IMG/VR virus record: IMGVR_UViG_3300025073_000397
Origin: a virus
Direction: 5' to 3' (one strand)
Length of the DNA: 64,000 nucleotides
Shown: piece after piece, positions 45,416 to 55,202 of the stretch
Numbering within the stretch: position 1 is the first letter of the stretch
Layout: each line of letters starts with the position of its first letter
Notes under the pieces: model-generated
Told to the model about the DNA's origin: nothing
Seen by the model: only the letters and a program-made list of their open reading frames with translations
Databases searched by the model: none
Position numbers and translations under genes: made by a program

Positions 45416-45450
45416 CTGTTTGACAACCCTGAATCGGAGTAATATCTTAG
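45416..45450 (+). promoter_or_regulatory. promoter motif instance G (variant), divergent from D, upstream of the 45549 gene
   Basis: TGTTTG at 45417-45422, a 14-nt spacer, then GAGTAATA at 45437-45444. Confidence 0.45.
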
Positions 45451-45548
45451 CGAATGGCGGTTCGGTGGTTTTGCTGCCCGACCTCCTGAAACTGGCTTTA
45501 AGCAATTAGGGTCTTAGCCAGTGACCCGTAACAATCTAGGAGGGTCAG

Positions 45549-46412
45549 ATGATGACCTACTGTAGCAATCTCGTAGTTGCGGTCAAGTTCAACGGCAAGA
45601 TTCTGAGGGAGATGAGAGCAGAGGATGGGTGCCCTGAGGTGATCCTTCCCTTTGGCTCAGAATACAGTCTCCTGATCAAGAATCTCAACTCTCAGAGGGC
45701 GGTGATTCGGGCCCATGTAGACGGACAGGATGCTCTTGACAGTAAGGAGGTGGTTATCAACCCCAACTCCGAAATGGAACTCAAGGGGTTCATGAAGGGC
45801 CATGCTGTCAGGAACGCCTTCAAGTTCATTGAAAAGACCACAGAGATATCTGAACATCGGGGGGATAGAGTCGACGATGGACTCATCCGGGTCGAGTTCG
45901 CTTTCGAGCTGCCCACCCCCAAGGTGGTCTATGAGGATGTGATCGTGAGGAAACGCCCCTGGTGGACTGGCCCGTGGTATCCCGAGGATGGGTACTCTTG
46001 GACATCCCACACATATTCTTGTAGCATTGGACACACTAAAGGTATCTCAGGATCAAACACGTTGTCCAACGATAGTGACGATGTCTACCTGGGTGACCCT
46101 TACGGGTCTCGCAAAGTCAGACAGGGGGAAGAGAAGTGCTCTGGGAGCATTCTGCGGTCTATGAGTGCAACCCCCAAGGATGGCATCACGGTAGCGGGTT
46201 CAGAAGTCAACCAGACTTTTGGAACAACCCATGTGGGAGCCCTCGGCAACTACAACACTATCATTCTCAGACTGAAAGGCGTTCGGGGTGATGTCCCTGT
46301 GACAAAGCCTCTGACTGTAGAGACCAAGATTGAGTGCCCCGCCTGCGGACGGTCTAACAAGTCCAATCTGAAGTATTGCCCCAACTGTGGGACGAATCTG
46401 CAGGCTGTTTAA
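45549..46412 (+). CDS. hypothetical protein with C-terminal Zn-ribbon
   Basis: 287 aa with a C-terminal CPACGRSNKSNLKYCPNCG. Confidence 0.55.
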   Translation: MMTYCSNLVVAVKFNGKILREMRAEDGCPEVILPFGSEYSLLIKNLNSQRAVIRAHVDGQDALDSKEVVINPNSEMELKGFMKGHAVRNAFKFIEKTTEISEHRGDRVDDGLIRVEFAFELPTPKVVYEDVIVRKRPWWTGPWYPEDGYSWTSHTYSCSIGHTKGISGSNTLSNDSDDVYLGDPYGSRKVRQGEEKCSGSILRSMSATPKDGITVAGSEVNQTFGTTHVGALGNYNTIILRLKGVRGDVPVTKPLTVETKIECPACGRSNKSNLKYCPNCGTNLQAV

Positions 46413-46906
46413 GCAGTACAGGTAGCTTCCACATAAGTCGTCGAGTGGATTGTTGCATCTTGGGTATCAACCAAGTTAGCTACAACTCTGCCTACTAACC
46501 TCAGAGTAAACGGGAACGTGCTGTTCTGTAACAGACGGATAGCACCACCCCGGTTGAAATTCTGAAGAATGTTGGTCACTGGAATCGTATCTGTAATATC
46601 GACCCATGCAACTGGAACTGCCCCAATCCCTACCTGCCATTTGCAATCGCAGCCTGCACCACCAGCCGACCCTACAGCATCCCAATCAAAGAACACATAA
46701 CAGGACTGGATAGTTCTCGACAAAGAGCCCGGGGCTGCAATGGTCACCCGATTCATCTCAGAGAAAGCTGCTGTATTGATTTGGGTAGCAATAGTGTCAA
46801 AGACAGTTGGGTCAGTGGTTAGTGTGGAACCACCCGCTGTAGCTTCATATGGATAGAACCTCAATTCACTGGAAGTCCGTCTTGCCCTTCTTTCCGTGAA
46901 ACCCAT
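46409..46906 (-). CDS. hypothetical protein
   Basis: 165-aa ORF, convergent with the previous gene (4-nt overlap). Confidence 0.5.
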   Translation of the reverse strand: MGFTERRARRTSSELRFYPYEATAGGSTLTTDPTVFDTIATQINTAAFSEMNRVTIAAPGSLSRTIQSCYVFFDWDAVGSAGGAGCDCKWQVGIGAVPVAWVDITDTIPVTNILQNFNRGGAIRLLQNSTFPFTLRLVGRVVANLVDTQDATIHSTTYVEATCTA

Positions 46907-46964
46907 GAAGAACCCCCCCCACTATCTCACTAGGGGGAAACCCCATAGAAAGGAAAACGGGGCA

Positions 46965-49205
46965 TTAGCCATTCCACCGCTTGTCCTGTTTCTCAAACTC
47001 CGCTTCAAAATCAAAAGGTGGCAGACCCAACTCCTTGCGAAGTCGCTGCAGTCCTCGTCTTGACAGGGCTACTCCAATGGATAGACCCATCCCATGCCAA
47101 GGGTTCTTCATGTGGTCAGCGGGGTCTAATCTATCAAGGATATCGTTACCAGAGTAAGGTGACTGTGGGTAGTAGTGCTGCAGTTGCCACGGGAGATCCT
47201 TGATGTCCATCCCCAAAAGGAAAGCGATAGCAGATGGGTCTTTGGGATGGAAACTTGCATAGTAGACCACAGGGCCACCCGTAAGGGGACAAATGTAGTG
47301 CCCGTTCTTGTTGTTGCCATTGAGCATAAAGTTGGGGAAATCCCAGTACTTTGGACCGTAGGCAGGGGATCGGGACAATGCCCAATGTCCCAGATTGTAC
47401 GTCTTGCCAGGTTTGTTTATGTCGTAGAACGAATCTTCATAGTCATCGTCATCTTTGCCATACCGCTTCCCGCATTCTATCATGTGGGCACAATGATGAC
47501 ACTCCAGGTTGGACACTTTGGGTTCTCCACAAACAGCACACCGATTTAGCATCTTTGGGGACGGGTCGTTGGCTAACATCTGGATCAGGCGATCCTTCTG
47601 CTCCTGTACTCTATCGTAGTACCATCCACTCGTAGGGTGGAAAAACTTATGGCTTCCCATGATCTCAGGAGCCGTTCGGTCGAATTCAGCATCGGCTAAC
47701 TTCTGGACGATATCACAGAAGTTCTTGCGTGCCACGAATACTCGGTCAGCCTCAATCTTTCCCTTAACCCCGAAATCTAGGGGATTCAGGGTCAACAGGG
47801 GATGACCCCCAACATTACGTTCTGTGACTCTAGCATTTACAGCCAAGTCAGCTAATGCCACATCAACAGGAGTATCCAGTTTAGGTAGGGCTGCCTTATG
47901 AGGCCACGCATCTACTTCTGCGGCAATCTCTGTTGCCTGTTCAGGAGTGAGTCCGCTGGGCAACAAGGATAGCAATTCTGGGGTACCTACAAGGTTCAGG
48001 ACGGAATCCGGTACCTGTAGGCCGTATCGCCCTATCATCCACTGATTGTGACCTACGGGGGTTGACCGCCACTGATCCCTAAGTGCATCCGTCTTGATGG
48101 ATTCCTTCGTATGCGGGGCCACGTCAAGTGGCTTGTACTGACCAGCAACCACAAGGGCATGGTTCTTGTCGATCAGCGCATCGGGCACCCTGAGCATCTC
48201 CACCGTGTAGGAGGTTTCCAGAAGGGGCGTAGCCTGAGCCTTGAAAAACTGCTCCTCAATCAGGTCAAACAGGAGGGATGCCCAGATCACTGTCTCTGGG
48301 AACAACTTGGAGAAGTCCTCGATAGGAACCGCTTGGGTATCATAGGGCACAAGCCCGTGCCGTGCTTTGGCAAAGGCTTCTCTCCGTACCGGGTCAATAG
48401 CCACATCCAGCAGTTCGTATGGGAAATGAGAATTCATGACCCTCTTATAGAAGTTCCTCTCGGGCCTACGACGCTTCTTCTCCTGTCCGGGGTAGTCGTT
48501 CTTCGGTTTGTCCGTGAGGACCGTCAACTGCTGGCCATTGCTGATGGCGACACAGAAGAAAGAGTGTATGGCTTCAGGTGCCCGAATGAGACAGATGGAT
48601 ATCCCCGGGAGTTTCTGCTGCTGCATGGCTCTCAATAGAGATGGCATGTTCCAGAATTCAAAGACCTTCCGGTTATAGAATGCCTTGGCACCTCTGGGTT
48701 CACCCCACAGGAATTGGTGCCTTTCCAGCGTCTTTAGCGCCTGAAGGGCATCTCTCCTGAGGAACGCCATCTCACCGGGTTTGGTCAGCCATGCTTCCAC
48801 GTCTTCCCGATCCAGGCTGTAGACGGAAACGGCTTCCCGTACACGCTGGATGAACTCTTTTACTACGTCATGGACTTCCGACCACTTCAAGAAAGCATAG
48901 AGAGCCTTGTAGCGGTCCATACGCTCTTGCCGTTCGGGTGAGAGTCCGGCAATCAACTCCAAGCCAGAGAAACGCTCTGACTCTAAGAAGATCTCCGTGA
49001 GTGCGTTGAGCAACATAAATGTGGTAACACCAGTGGGGTCCAAATCCCGCGACTCATTGAGTTCGTCTGTCATGGACTGTGTGTCCCAAGAGTACCAGTC
49101 GGGATTTTCTATATCGTTGGCTCGGATGGCGACCTTTGCCCATAGGAGCAGCCCTTCGTTGACTACTTCGTTGATGTTCATAGCAGAATGCACCTCACCT
49201 TCCAC
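46965..49205 (-). CDS. large hypothetical protein with Cys/His cluster
   Basis: 746 aa with CAVCGEPKVSNLECHHCAHMIEC. Promoter motif F lies immediately upstream. Confidence 0.6.
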   Translation of the reverse strand: MEGEVHSAMNINEVVNEGLLLWAKVAIRANDIENPDWYSWDTQSMTDELNESRDLDPTGVTTFMLLNALTEIFLESERFSGLELIAGLSPERQERMDRYKALYAFLKWSEVHDVVKEFIQRVREAVSVYSLDREDVEAWLTKPGEMAFLRRDALQALKTLERHQFLWGEPRGAKAFYNRKVFEFWNMPSLLRAMQQQKLPGISICLIRAPEAIHSFFCVAISNGQQLTVLTDKPKNDYPGQEKKRRRPERNFYKRVMNSHFPYELLDVAIDPVRREAFAKARHGLVPYDTQAVPIEDFSKLFPETVIWASLLFDLIEEQFFKAQATPLLETSYTVEMLRVPDALIDKNHALVVAGQYKPLDVAPHTKESIKTDALRDQWRSTPVGHNQWMIGRYGLQVPDSVLNLVGTPELLSLLPSGLTPEQATEIAAEVDAWPHKAALPKLDTPVDVALADLAVNARVTERNVGGHPLLTLNPLDFGVKGKIEADRVFVARKNFCDIVQKLADAEFDRTAPEIMGSHKFFHPTSGWYYDRVQEQKDRLIQMLANDPSPKMLNRCAVCGEPKVSNLECHHCAHMIECGKRYGKDDDDYEDSFYDINKPGKTYNLGHWALSRSPAYGPKYWDFPNFMLNGNNKNGHYICPLTGGPVVYYASFHPKDPSAIAFLLGMDIKDLPWQLQHYYPQSPYSGNDILDRLDPADHMKNPWHGMGLSIGVALSRRGLQRLRKELGLPPFDFEAEFEKQDKRWNG

Positions 49206-49240
49206 ACCCTGTACTACTCTGCCGTGCTACTTCCTAACAG
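49206..49240 (-). promoter_or_regulatory. promoter motif instance F (variant)
   Basis: TACTACTC at 49212-49219, a 14-nt spacer, then CTAACA at 49234-49239. Confidence 0.5.
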
Positions 49241-49928
49241 GTTTAGCGGGTTTTCCCGGGAAAGGCAACACATTGGCGGAATCATCTGAAAGATATGAGG
49301 ACGGGTCCAGCGATGTAACCCCTTTTGTGACCTGGCTGTCATCCACGGTCCCATGGGTGACCCGCACATTGGTGACTGGAGCGACTTTCCAGTCTTTATT
49401 GCGCCCATAGCACTCCAACATGTAGTTAAGTGCGGCTACGATTTCATCTGGCTTTTTGGTGTAACGGGAACAAGCACGGACCAACTCTTTGGTGGACAAG
49501 TCCTCTATGCAAATCTGAATGACCGTATCCTTTCCCAGACGACTGCTAGCAAACTTCTCTGCTACTGTTCGGAGTAGCGCATCTAAGGCATCATCCGAGA
49601 TACCACGGTAATCAAAATCAAAGCGTTTGACGGGCTCAGCATGACGGAGTAGGAATGTGGCGATATCCTGCATACTCTTTCCTTTCCGCCACATATCCCT
49701 GACGATAGGATAGTCGTCATCTGATTTTATTTTGGTATGGAGGCTCTCCAGAACGGAATGCAGGTCTAGGGATTTGGCTGTGCAGAGTTGGTCTAGCATA
49801 TCCAAGAGATCGCCATAAAACCTGCACCACCCGAAGTAATCCTGATTCAACCTCACCATGCAGACGACAGCAATGACTCCTACCCCTATCAAAACACCCG
49901 CAACAATTTCCAACCATGGGGACGGCAT
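49227..49928 (-). CDS. membrane-anchored hypothetical protein
   Basis: 233 aa with an N-terminal TM helix WLEIVAGVLIGVGVIAVVCMV. Confidence 0.5.
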   Translation of the reverse strand: MPSPWLEIVAGVLIGVGVIAVVCMVRLNQDYFGWCRFYGDLLDMLDQLCTAKSLDLHSVLESLHTKIKSDDDYPIVRDMWRKGKSMQDIATFLLRHAEPVKRFDFDYRGISDDALDALLRTVAEKFASSRLGKDTVIQICIEDLSTKELVRACSRYTKKPDEIVAALNYMLECYGRNKDWKVAPVTNVRVTHGTVDDSQVTKGVTSLDPSSYLSDDSANVLPFPGKPAKPVRK

Positions 49929-49932
49929 CTAT

Positions 49933-50364
49933 TCACACCTTCCGATTAGCCCGTCTTAAAGCGGCTTCCTTTCTCTTGACCTTCTTCAAGGCAAGTGCCT
50001 TGGCTTTGGTTTCCTCCGCTTCCCGCCTCTTACGACCTGCTTCTTGCAGAGCGGCTGCAAAAGTCGAGAGCTGAGATGGAATGGCTTTCTTCTGCTTTTT
50101 GGTGATAGCTCTGATCAATGACTCGTGTATCCAGGTCCGGGTGCCCCACTCATCCACGGTGACTTCCACATACCTACCAGCAGGTTTTTCACGTTTGGAG
50201 AGTTTGAAATCCCGCCGCATATGGGCAGCCCTTTCTTCAGTCAATATTTGCGTCTTAGGCTCTCCAGATGGTATCCTACATGTCTTCCACCGTCCCTGTA
50301 CCAATGCCTTGACCATGACCCAATTGATAGGTTCTTTGGGTGGAACTTTGATTAGCCTGCGCAT
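49933..50364 (-). CDS. basic hypothetical protein
   Basis: 143 aa with a Lys/Arg-rich C-terminus. Confidence 0.45.
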   Translation of the reverse strand: MRRLIKVPPKEPINWVMVKALVQGRWKTCRIPSGEPKTQILTEERAAHMRRDFKLSKREKPAGRYVEVTVDEWGTRTWIHESLIRAITKKQKKAIPSQLSTFAAALQEAGRKRREAEETKAKALALKKVKRKEAALRRANRKV

Positions 50365-50582
50365 TCAGAAATCCTCCTCCCGATCACCCGTATCACTGTA
50401 CCATTAGAGTGAACGAACAGCCGCCTCTCCCGTACCTCACTGGTATCTTCTGAACAGGTGTAGACGCAATTATCCAACAATCCCTGAACCACGTCTCCCT
50501 TTTGGATTGCCTGTACTTCTTTCCATGTGCCGTCAGCCATCATTACCTTGTGATTCCCGGTCATTGCCACAGGTACTTTCAT
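50352..50582 (-). CDS. small hypothetical protein (doubtful)
   Basis: 76-aa ORF that overlaps both neighbours. Confidence 0.25.
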   Translation of the reverse strand: MKVPVAMTGNHKVMMADGTWKEVQAIQKGDVVQGLLDNCVYTCSEDTSEVRERRLFVHSNGTVIRVIGRRISECAG

Positions 50583-52842
50583 ACAATCCCCCCATCAGTT
50601 TCGGATTACGATTGCCATGTAGGATCCTTCTGTCCAGAAGGTCATTGGTTTTCTGGAACAGCAATTGTGCTATCTTTGCGAGATCATCTGAATAGACGGA
50701 ATCCTCAAACAGATCCTGAACGTATTCCGTCCCTTCCCCCAAACCCACACCCACTGTATATACCCCGATCGCCCGAGCAATACGTACTTGTCTATTGATT
50801 ACGGGGACATGCTTTGAATCGGGTTTGCCGTCTGTCACCACATAGAGTAGCTTGTGTTTCTCCGGCCGTCTACTCAACTCATTCAAGGCCATCTGGATAC
50901 CATCTGCCATGGGTGTAGTGCCAACCGCCTTTGTGTTGACAAATCGCCAACGTATTGATTGAAAGGGTTCGTCCCATGTCTTGAAGATGTCATAATGTAC
51001 TGACCCAGACCGATGGCACCCTGATGGGTCAGCACCCATTAGGACGTCTGGGGGTACTCGCTTTTCCCCGTTTCGAAACCCAATACAAAGGGTTGCGCAC
51101 CCCACAGCGTCAAAGGGCTCTATGATCGTAGTCATCGCTTGTGCGGCGAACTCCTGTTTAGACAAGACCATTGGGGCTTCCGTCTTCTTCCTCTGTCTGC
51201 TCTTCTTGCTATCTGTAATCAACTTTTTGGCTGTAGCAACTAACCCACAGGCTTCCTTCATCGAACTGGATTCATCTAGAACAACCGCGATAGCCCCACT
51301 GGTATCCACCCTTTCAGAGGCTACACAGTATGCCCGGTCTGGCACCACCCCACCCCTCAGGCAAATAGCCGATTCTACCAGCATTCTCTCTGAGAGCATT
51401 CGGCCATGCCGGACTCCATGTGCGACCGATGTCAACTCCAATGCTTTGAACCGATTGCGAAAACGTGCACGCAAATAAGAAGCAGGCACTTGAACCATCT
51501 CCATCAACTCGGACGCCCTTTGATTGTCGTGCCCCTTACCAAATGTGGATGGTTCAACCAGAGCCATTGTGTCGAAGGTAGTCGTAAGGGGGCAATAAGG
51601 TGCTTCAGTCTTGTCGGCGGGCACCTTCTCCATGGGACAATTGGTATTGAGATCCTTAATTGCCCCATTGAATGCCCCTTCTGAGTTCAAGGTCTCCACA
51701 CCATTTGACATCCCGACAAGAACGCCTTTAGCCCAATCTCCGTCTGGGAGGGGGGTCTCGGGGATCCCCAAGTGGGTTTCATCATTGACTTCACTTCTCT
51801 CCTCTTGGATATCAACCTGTGTCTGCCACCCACACACCGTACAAGTGATAATCCCGATCTGTGAGAATTGCGGAGCTGATCGTAGGCGCAATTTATCCTG
51901 GGACGCCCCACAAGCGGGACAGGTGGAGACACTAGTGGGCTGGCTGGTCTTGTCCTCAAGCCCCCCCATATTCTCCAACATACTGATCAGATCCATGGCT
52001 ATACGAATGCACCCCAAGTCATCATCGGCACTCAGGGAAATGGCTTCTTCTAAAAGGGGGAGGATTGCCCCTGACTCCACCATCTCTACAGTAGTGGGGC
52101 TCCAGTCTTTATACCGTCCCAAAGTGAGACGTTGAAGCTCCGATTGGTACCCTAACCCCAAGTCCCTGAATGCCCGTACCAGGATGGTCGCATCAGATGG
52201 GGGCTTCTTGTTCGACAATGCTTCTCGATGGAGAATGAAGTCCTGAAGGTCAACCATCTTGGGGTATGTACCCGGGAACGCCTTGACTCCTAGTCGTTCA
52301 ATCCGAATGTCCTCGATGTCATTCGAGATATCCAATAGAACTGTGGCATACTTGGACCAATCCTTGACCTTGGCCCAACGTGGCAATACGAGGTTGGCCA
52401 CCTCTTCAGTTGTCAGAGGCCGTTGGCACGAGTAGAGACTATGCCAACTCTCATGGTATGCACCACCTACCAGTGCCATTGCCATTTTATGGGGTAGATC
52501 ATTGGGTGTCTCTGCTATCTGAATGTGGGGCCACAGCACTGTCTCTGTATTAGCCTTGGAAACCCATTCTCGCACATGATGGGGGGTCGGCATAGTGCCA
52601 GGATTGGCCTCAGCCCAAGAACATGCTTCTGCCAACATGAGTCGAAATGTCCACCGACCAATATTCTTGAACTCTGTGCCACAAGAGATGATGGGGATAC
52701 TGTTGGCCCCTAAGATACCTATCACAGATGCTTGGTGCGTCTCTCGGTATCTGCTACCCGGAAGAACAGGCATGGTTACTACGGTGGGGACCAACTTACT
52801 GGCATCTATTGACTCCATAGCCATTCCGATGTGCCTGCTCAT
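50533..52842 (-). CDS. vWA-domain protein (CobT-like) with central Zn-ribbon
   Basis: The C-terminal vWA MIDAS motif is AIAVVLDESSSM, with GTTPMADGIQMA and LLYVVTDGKPD. The track start at 52860 is TTG and lies inside promoter motif E, so ATG 52842 (MSRHIGMAMESID) was preferred. Confidence 0.7.
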   Translation of the reverse strand: MSRHIGMAMESIDASKLVPTVVTMPVLPGSRYRETHQASVIGILGANSIPIISCGTEFKNIGRWTFRLMLAEACSWAEANPGTMPTPHHVREWVSKANTETVLWPHIQIAETPNDLPHKMAMALVGGAYHESWHSLYSCQRPLTTEEVANLVLPRWAKVKDWSKYATVLLDISNDIEDIRIERLGVKAFPGTYPKMVDLQDFILHREALSNKKPPSDATILVRAFRDLGLGYQSELQRLTLGRYKDWSPTTVEMVESGAILPLLEEAISLSADDDLGCIRIAMDLISMLENMGGLEDKTSQPTSVSTCPACGASQDKLRLRSAPQFSQIGIITCTVCGWQTQVDIQEERSEVNDETHLGIPETPLPDGDWAKGVLVGMSNGVETLNSEGAFNGAIKDLNTNCPMEKVPADKTEAPYCPLTTTFDTMALVEPSTFGKGHDNQRASELMEMVQVPASYLRARFRNRFKALELTSVAHGVRHGRMLSERMLVESAICLRGGVVPDRAYCVASERVDTSGAIAVVLDESSSMKEACGLVATAKKLITDSKKSRQRKKTEAPMVLSKQEFAAQAMTTIIEPFDAVGCATLCIGFRNGEKRVPPDVLMGADPSGCHRSGSVHYDIFKTWDEPFQSIRWRFVNTKAVGTTPMADGIQMALNELSRRPEKHKLLYVVTDGKPDSKHVPVINRQVRIARAIGVYTVGVGLGEGTEYVQDLFEDSVYSDDLAKIAQLLFQKTNDLLDRRILHGNRNPKLMGGLYESTCGNDRESQGNDG

Positions 52843-52858
52843 GCACCACCCCCCCTGC

Positions 52859-52893
52859 AACTCATACTACCCGCCTGATTCCACTTCTAACAG
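52859..52893 (-). promoter_or_regulatory. promoter motif instance E
   Basis: TACTACCC at 52865-52872, a 14-nt spacer, then CTAACA at 52887-52892. Confidence 0.6.
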
Positions 52894-52901
52894 AAAAAAA
52901 T

Positions 52902-52936
52902 TGGTTAGGAAGTCTGCAAGTTGGGTAGTATGAGGT
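52902..52936 (+). promoter_or_regulatory. promoter motif instance E-prime, divergent from E
   Basis: TGGTTAG at 52902-52908, a 14-nt spacer, then GGGTAGTA at 52923-52930. The AAA+ gene starts 26 nt downstream of this site. Confidence 0.6.
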
Positions 52937-52961
52937 AAGAACGCTCTCCAAGGAGGTACGA

Positions 52962-54122
52962 GTGGGAGCCCAGGCAAAATGCGAAATTTGTGACTTTCAG
53001 AGCCACTACCTAGCAGAACACCTTAAACAGGTACACGCACTCTCAGTGGAAGACTACCTGACAAGGTACCCGGATAGTGGGGTGGTTTCAGATACCCTGA
53101 TGACTGAGTGGGAGTCCCAAGGCCAATTCCGGCGAGAACCCCCACCAATGCCCGAGGCATTGAGACTCGTCTTCGCTGGAGCATCTTTCCCAGTCAATGT
53201 AGACGTCCCCGAAGATGCTTGTTTACCTCTTCCGGATTACTACATGATCCCCACAGATGACGCTCTGGGGAGAGATGTGCATCATGCAGCGGTCGCCTTA
53301 GCTAACCATCGGTCTATGTACATTTGGGGTATGCCAGGATCGGGAAAGGATGCTTTTTTCCATGCATGGTCGGCCCTTACTCGCAGTCCTGCAAAACCTT
53401 TCCCAATCCAACCTGGATTGGATATCCAGAGCTGGTTCTATTCCAGGACGTTCTCAGCAACTAGCACAATGTGGGAGGAGGGGGAACTCCTAACAGCACT
53501 AAGAGATGGCTATAAGTCCCCCATCTCTGGACGAGTGATCCCCTACCTGATTCTTCTTTCGGATATGGATCGGGCAGATCCCCGGAGTCAGACGGAGGCA
53601 CTCCGGCTCATCATGGACTCAATATCCGGGCGAATAAAAGGACCCCGTGGGGAAACGTATAAGGTGCTTCCTGGCACTCGAATTGTCGCTACAGGGAATA
53701 CATCTGGATCGGGAGATCCTCGTGGCAGGATGATTTCCGCCAACTCCATTGATGCGGCAATGTTCGATAGGTTCGAACGGAAGTTTGAATTCCACTGGAT
53801 GGGTTGGAAGGACGAAGAAAAGATTGCCATCCAGAAATTCCCATTCCTGGCTGAACAGTATCCTGACTGTTTCAGGGAAGTGGGTGCATCAACTACTGCG
53901 CTCCGAGAAGCAATCAAGCTGAATACTCTATACGGAGAATTCTCCCATCGAGCCGTGTGTGCCTGGCTAGGACATGCACAGGACTTACTCCTATCAGGAG
54001 AACCCAAAAAGAATCTGTTGATCAAAGCAGCTAAAGCTTTTCTGGATGGGTTACCGGATGAAGCATCCAAGTTGACTGCTCAACGTCTCATTGACCCATC
54101 TCTCTCAGGGGGTGCCATATGA
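52962..54122 (+). CDS. AAA+ ATPase (MoxR/CobS-like)
   Basis: 386 aa. The P-loop YIWGMPGSGKD is a variant; the Walker B region is YLILLSDMDRADP; the sensor is VATGNTSGSGDPRGRM. Confidence 0.65.
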   Translation: MGAQAKCEICDFQSHYLAEHLKQVHALSVEDYLTRYPDSGVVSDTLMTEWESQGQFRREPPPMPEALRLVFAGASFPVNVDVPEDACLPLPDYYMIPTDDALGRDVHHAAVALANHRSMYIWGMPGSGKDAFFHAWSALTRSPAKPFPIQPGLDIQSWFYSRTFSATSTMWEEGELLTALRDGYKSPISGRVIPYLILLSDMDRADPRSQTEALRLIMDSISGRIKGPRGETYKVLPGTRIVATGNTSGSGDPRGRMISANSIDAAMFDRFERKFEFHWMGWKDEEKIAIQKFPFLAEQYPDCFREVGASTTALREAIKLNTLYGEFSHRAVCAWLGHAQDLLLSGEPKKNLLIKAAKAFLDGLPDEASKLTAQRLIDPSLSGGAI

Positions 54123-54943
54123 CCAAACCTTCTGCCAAGGATTTCCGGGAACCCCTCCTGCTAACTCTGGGGGAGATGTCCAACTGGACATCAGATGTCC
54201 CGGTCCACCATGAATCCGTCACTCCCCCGATCCTGACCAAAATGGGGATTGACGGTGTCGATCAATACGGACGACAAGATGCATCAGGTAAACCCTGGAT
54301 CGTGCTATGGATCAGTTGGGCTTTCCGCGCCCTGAAGGATTCTGGGGAAGCAATACAAATCGGTAGAGGGCAGTGGGGGCTGACTTCCGTGGGAGTCAAT
54401 GCTGCTATGGGCCTTGCCCGAAGCAAGGGGCAATTTGTACCGGACGCTGTCATCATCTCGCCTGTAGCACCCAAAGATATGTTCACCACTCTGATCAAAC
54501 CAGAGTACCACCCTGACCCCTACATAAGACAAGTAGCATTGAATCAGACACGATGTGTGGGACACTGGTCGGACAGGTCCTCCGTATGTGGGAAGTGTCG
54601 TTTAGAGGCGGACTGCAAACAAGTTATGTTCGCCAAGCTGACAGAGCTTGCCAAATGTTTGGATGCTGGTACGACCTTGCCCCCACAGGAGACTGATAAG
54701 AATCCATCCCCACTGAACCCGGCCCTGTCCTTCACCCATCAGGGACGCTGGACTCTAGTAACGTTCGCGGACGGGTCCACCAAGGTCTGTAAGGGGAAGG
54801 ACATGCTGAGGATTCCTATCACGGTCGAGTCTAAATGTGAGCACTGCAATCAAATCATCCCAATTGGGAGTAATGGCTACTGGACACCTCGTGCCGGAGT
54901 GTTCCACGAGGACTGCATCTGGGAGAGAGCAACACATGCATAG
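54119..54943 (+). CDS. Cys-rich hypothetical protein
   Basis: 274 aa with an ATGA overlap against the AAA+ gene. Confidence 0.5.
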   Translation: MTKPSAKDFREPLLLTLGEMSNWTSDVPVHHESVTPPILTKMGIDGVDQYGRQDASGKPWIVLWISWAFRALKDSGEAIQIGRGQWGLTSVGVNAAMGLARSKGQFVPDAVIISPVAPKDMFTTLIKPEYHPDPYIRQVALNQTRCVGHWSDRSSVCGKCRLEADCKQVMFAKLTELAKCLDAGTTLPPQETDKNPSPLNPALSFTHQGRWTLVTFADGSTKVCKGKDMLRIPITVESKCEHCNQIIPIGSNGYWTPRAGVFHEDCIWERATHA

Positions 54944-55202
54944 TGAAACGACACTTTCTTGTGACAAACGACAGTTGGTAGTTGTAAAGTGGGAAAGAGA
55001 CAACTCTTCCGGGCCGGTGGTGCAAATGACATTTGAGGTGCATTTCCCGTCTGGGGCATCTGTGTCTACTACACGAGTCCTCATCCCGCTTACTACTATT
55101 CAATTGGATACGGGGGAGGCCATAACCCCCACGAAGGATGAAAGAGATATGGCTATTGACGAAGCAATTTCACGACTCGATAGAGACGACGCCTGGGAAT
55201 GA
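54936..55202 (+). CDS. small hypothetical protein
   Basis: 88 aa from MHSETTL. It overlaps the upstream stop by 8 nt and the downstream start by ATGA. Confidence 0.3.
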   Translation: MHSETTLSCDKRQLVVVKWERDNSSGPVVQMTFEVHFPSGASVSTTRVLIPLTTIQLDTGEAITPTKDERDMAIDEAISRLDRDDAWE

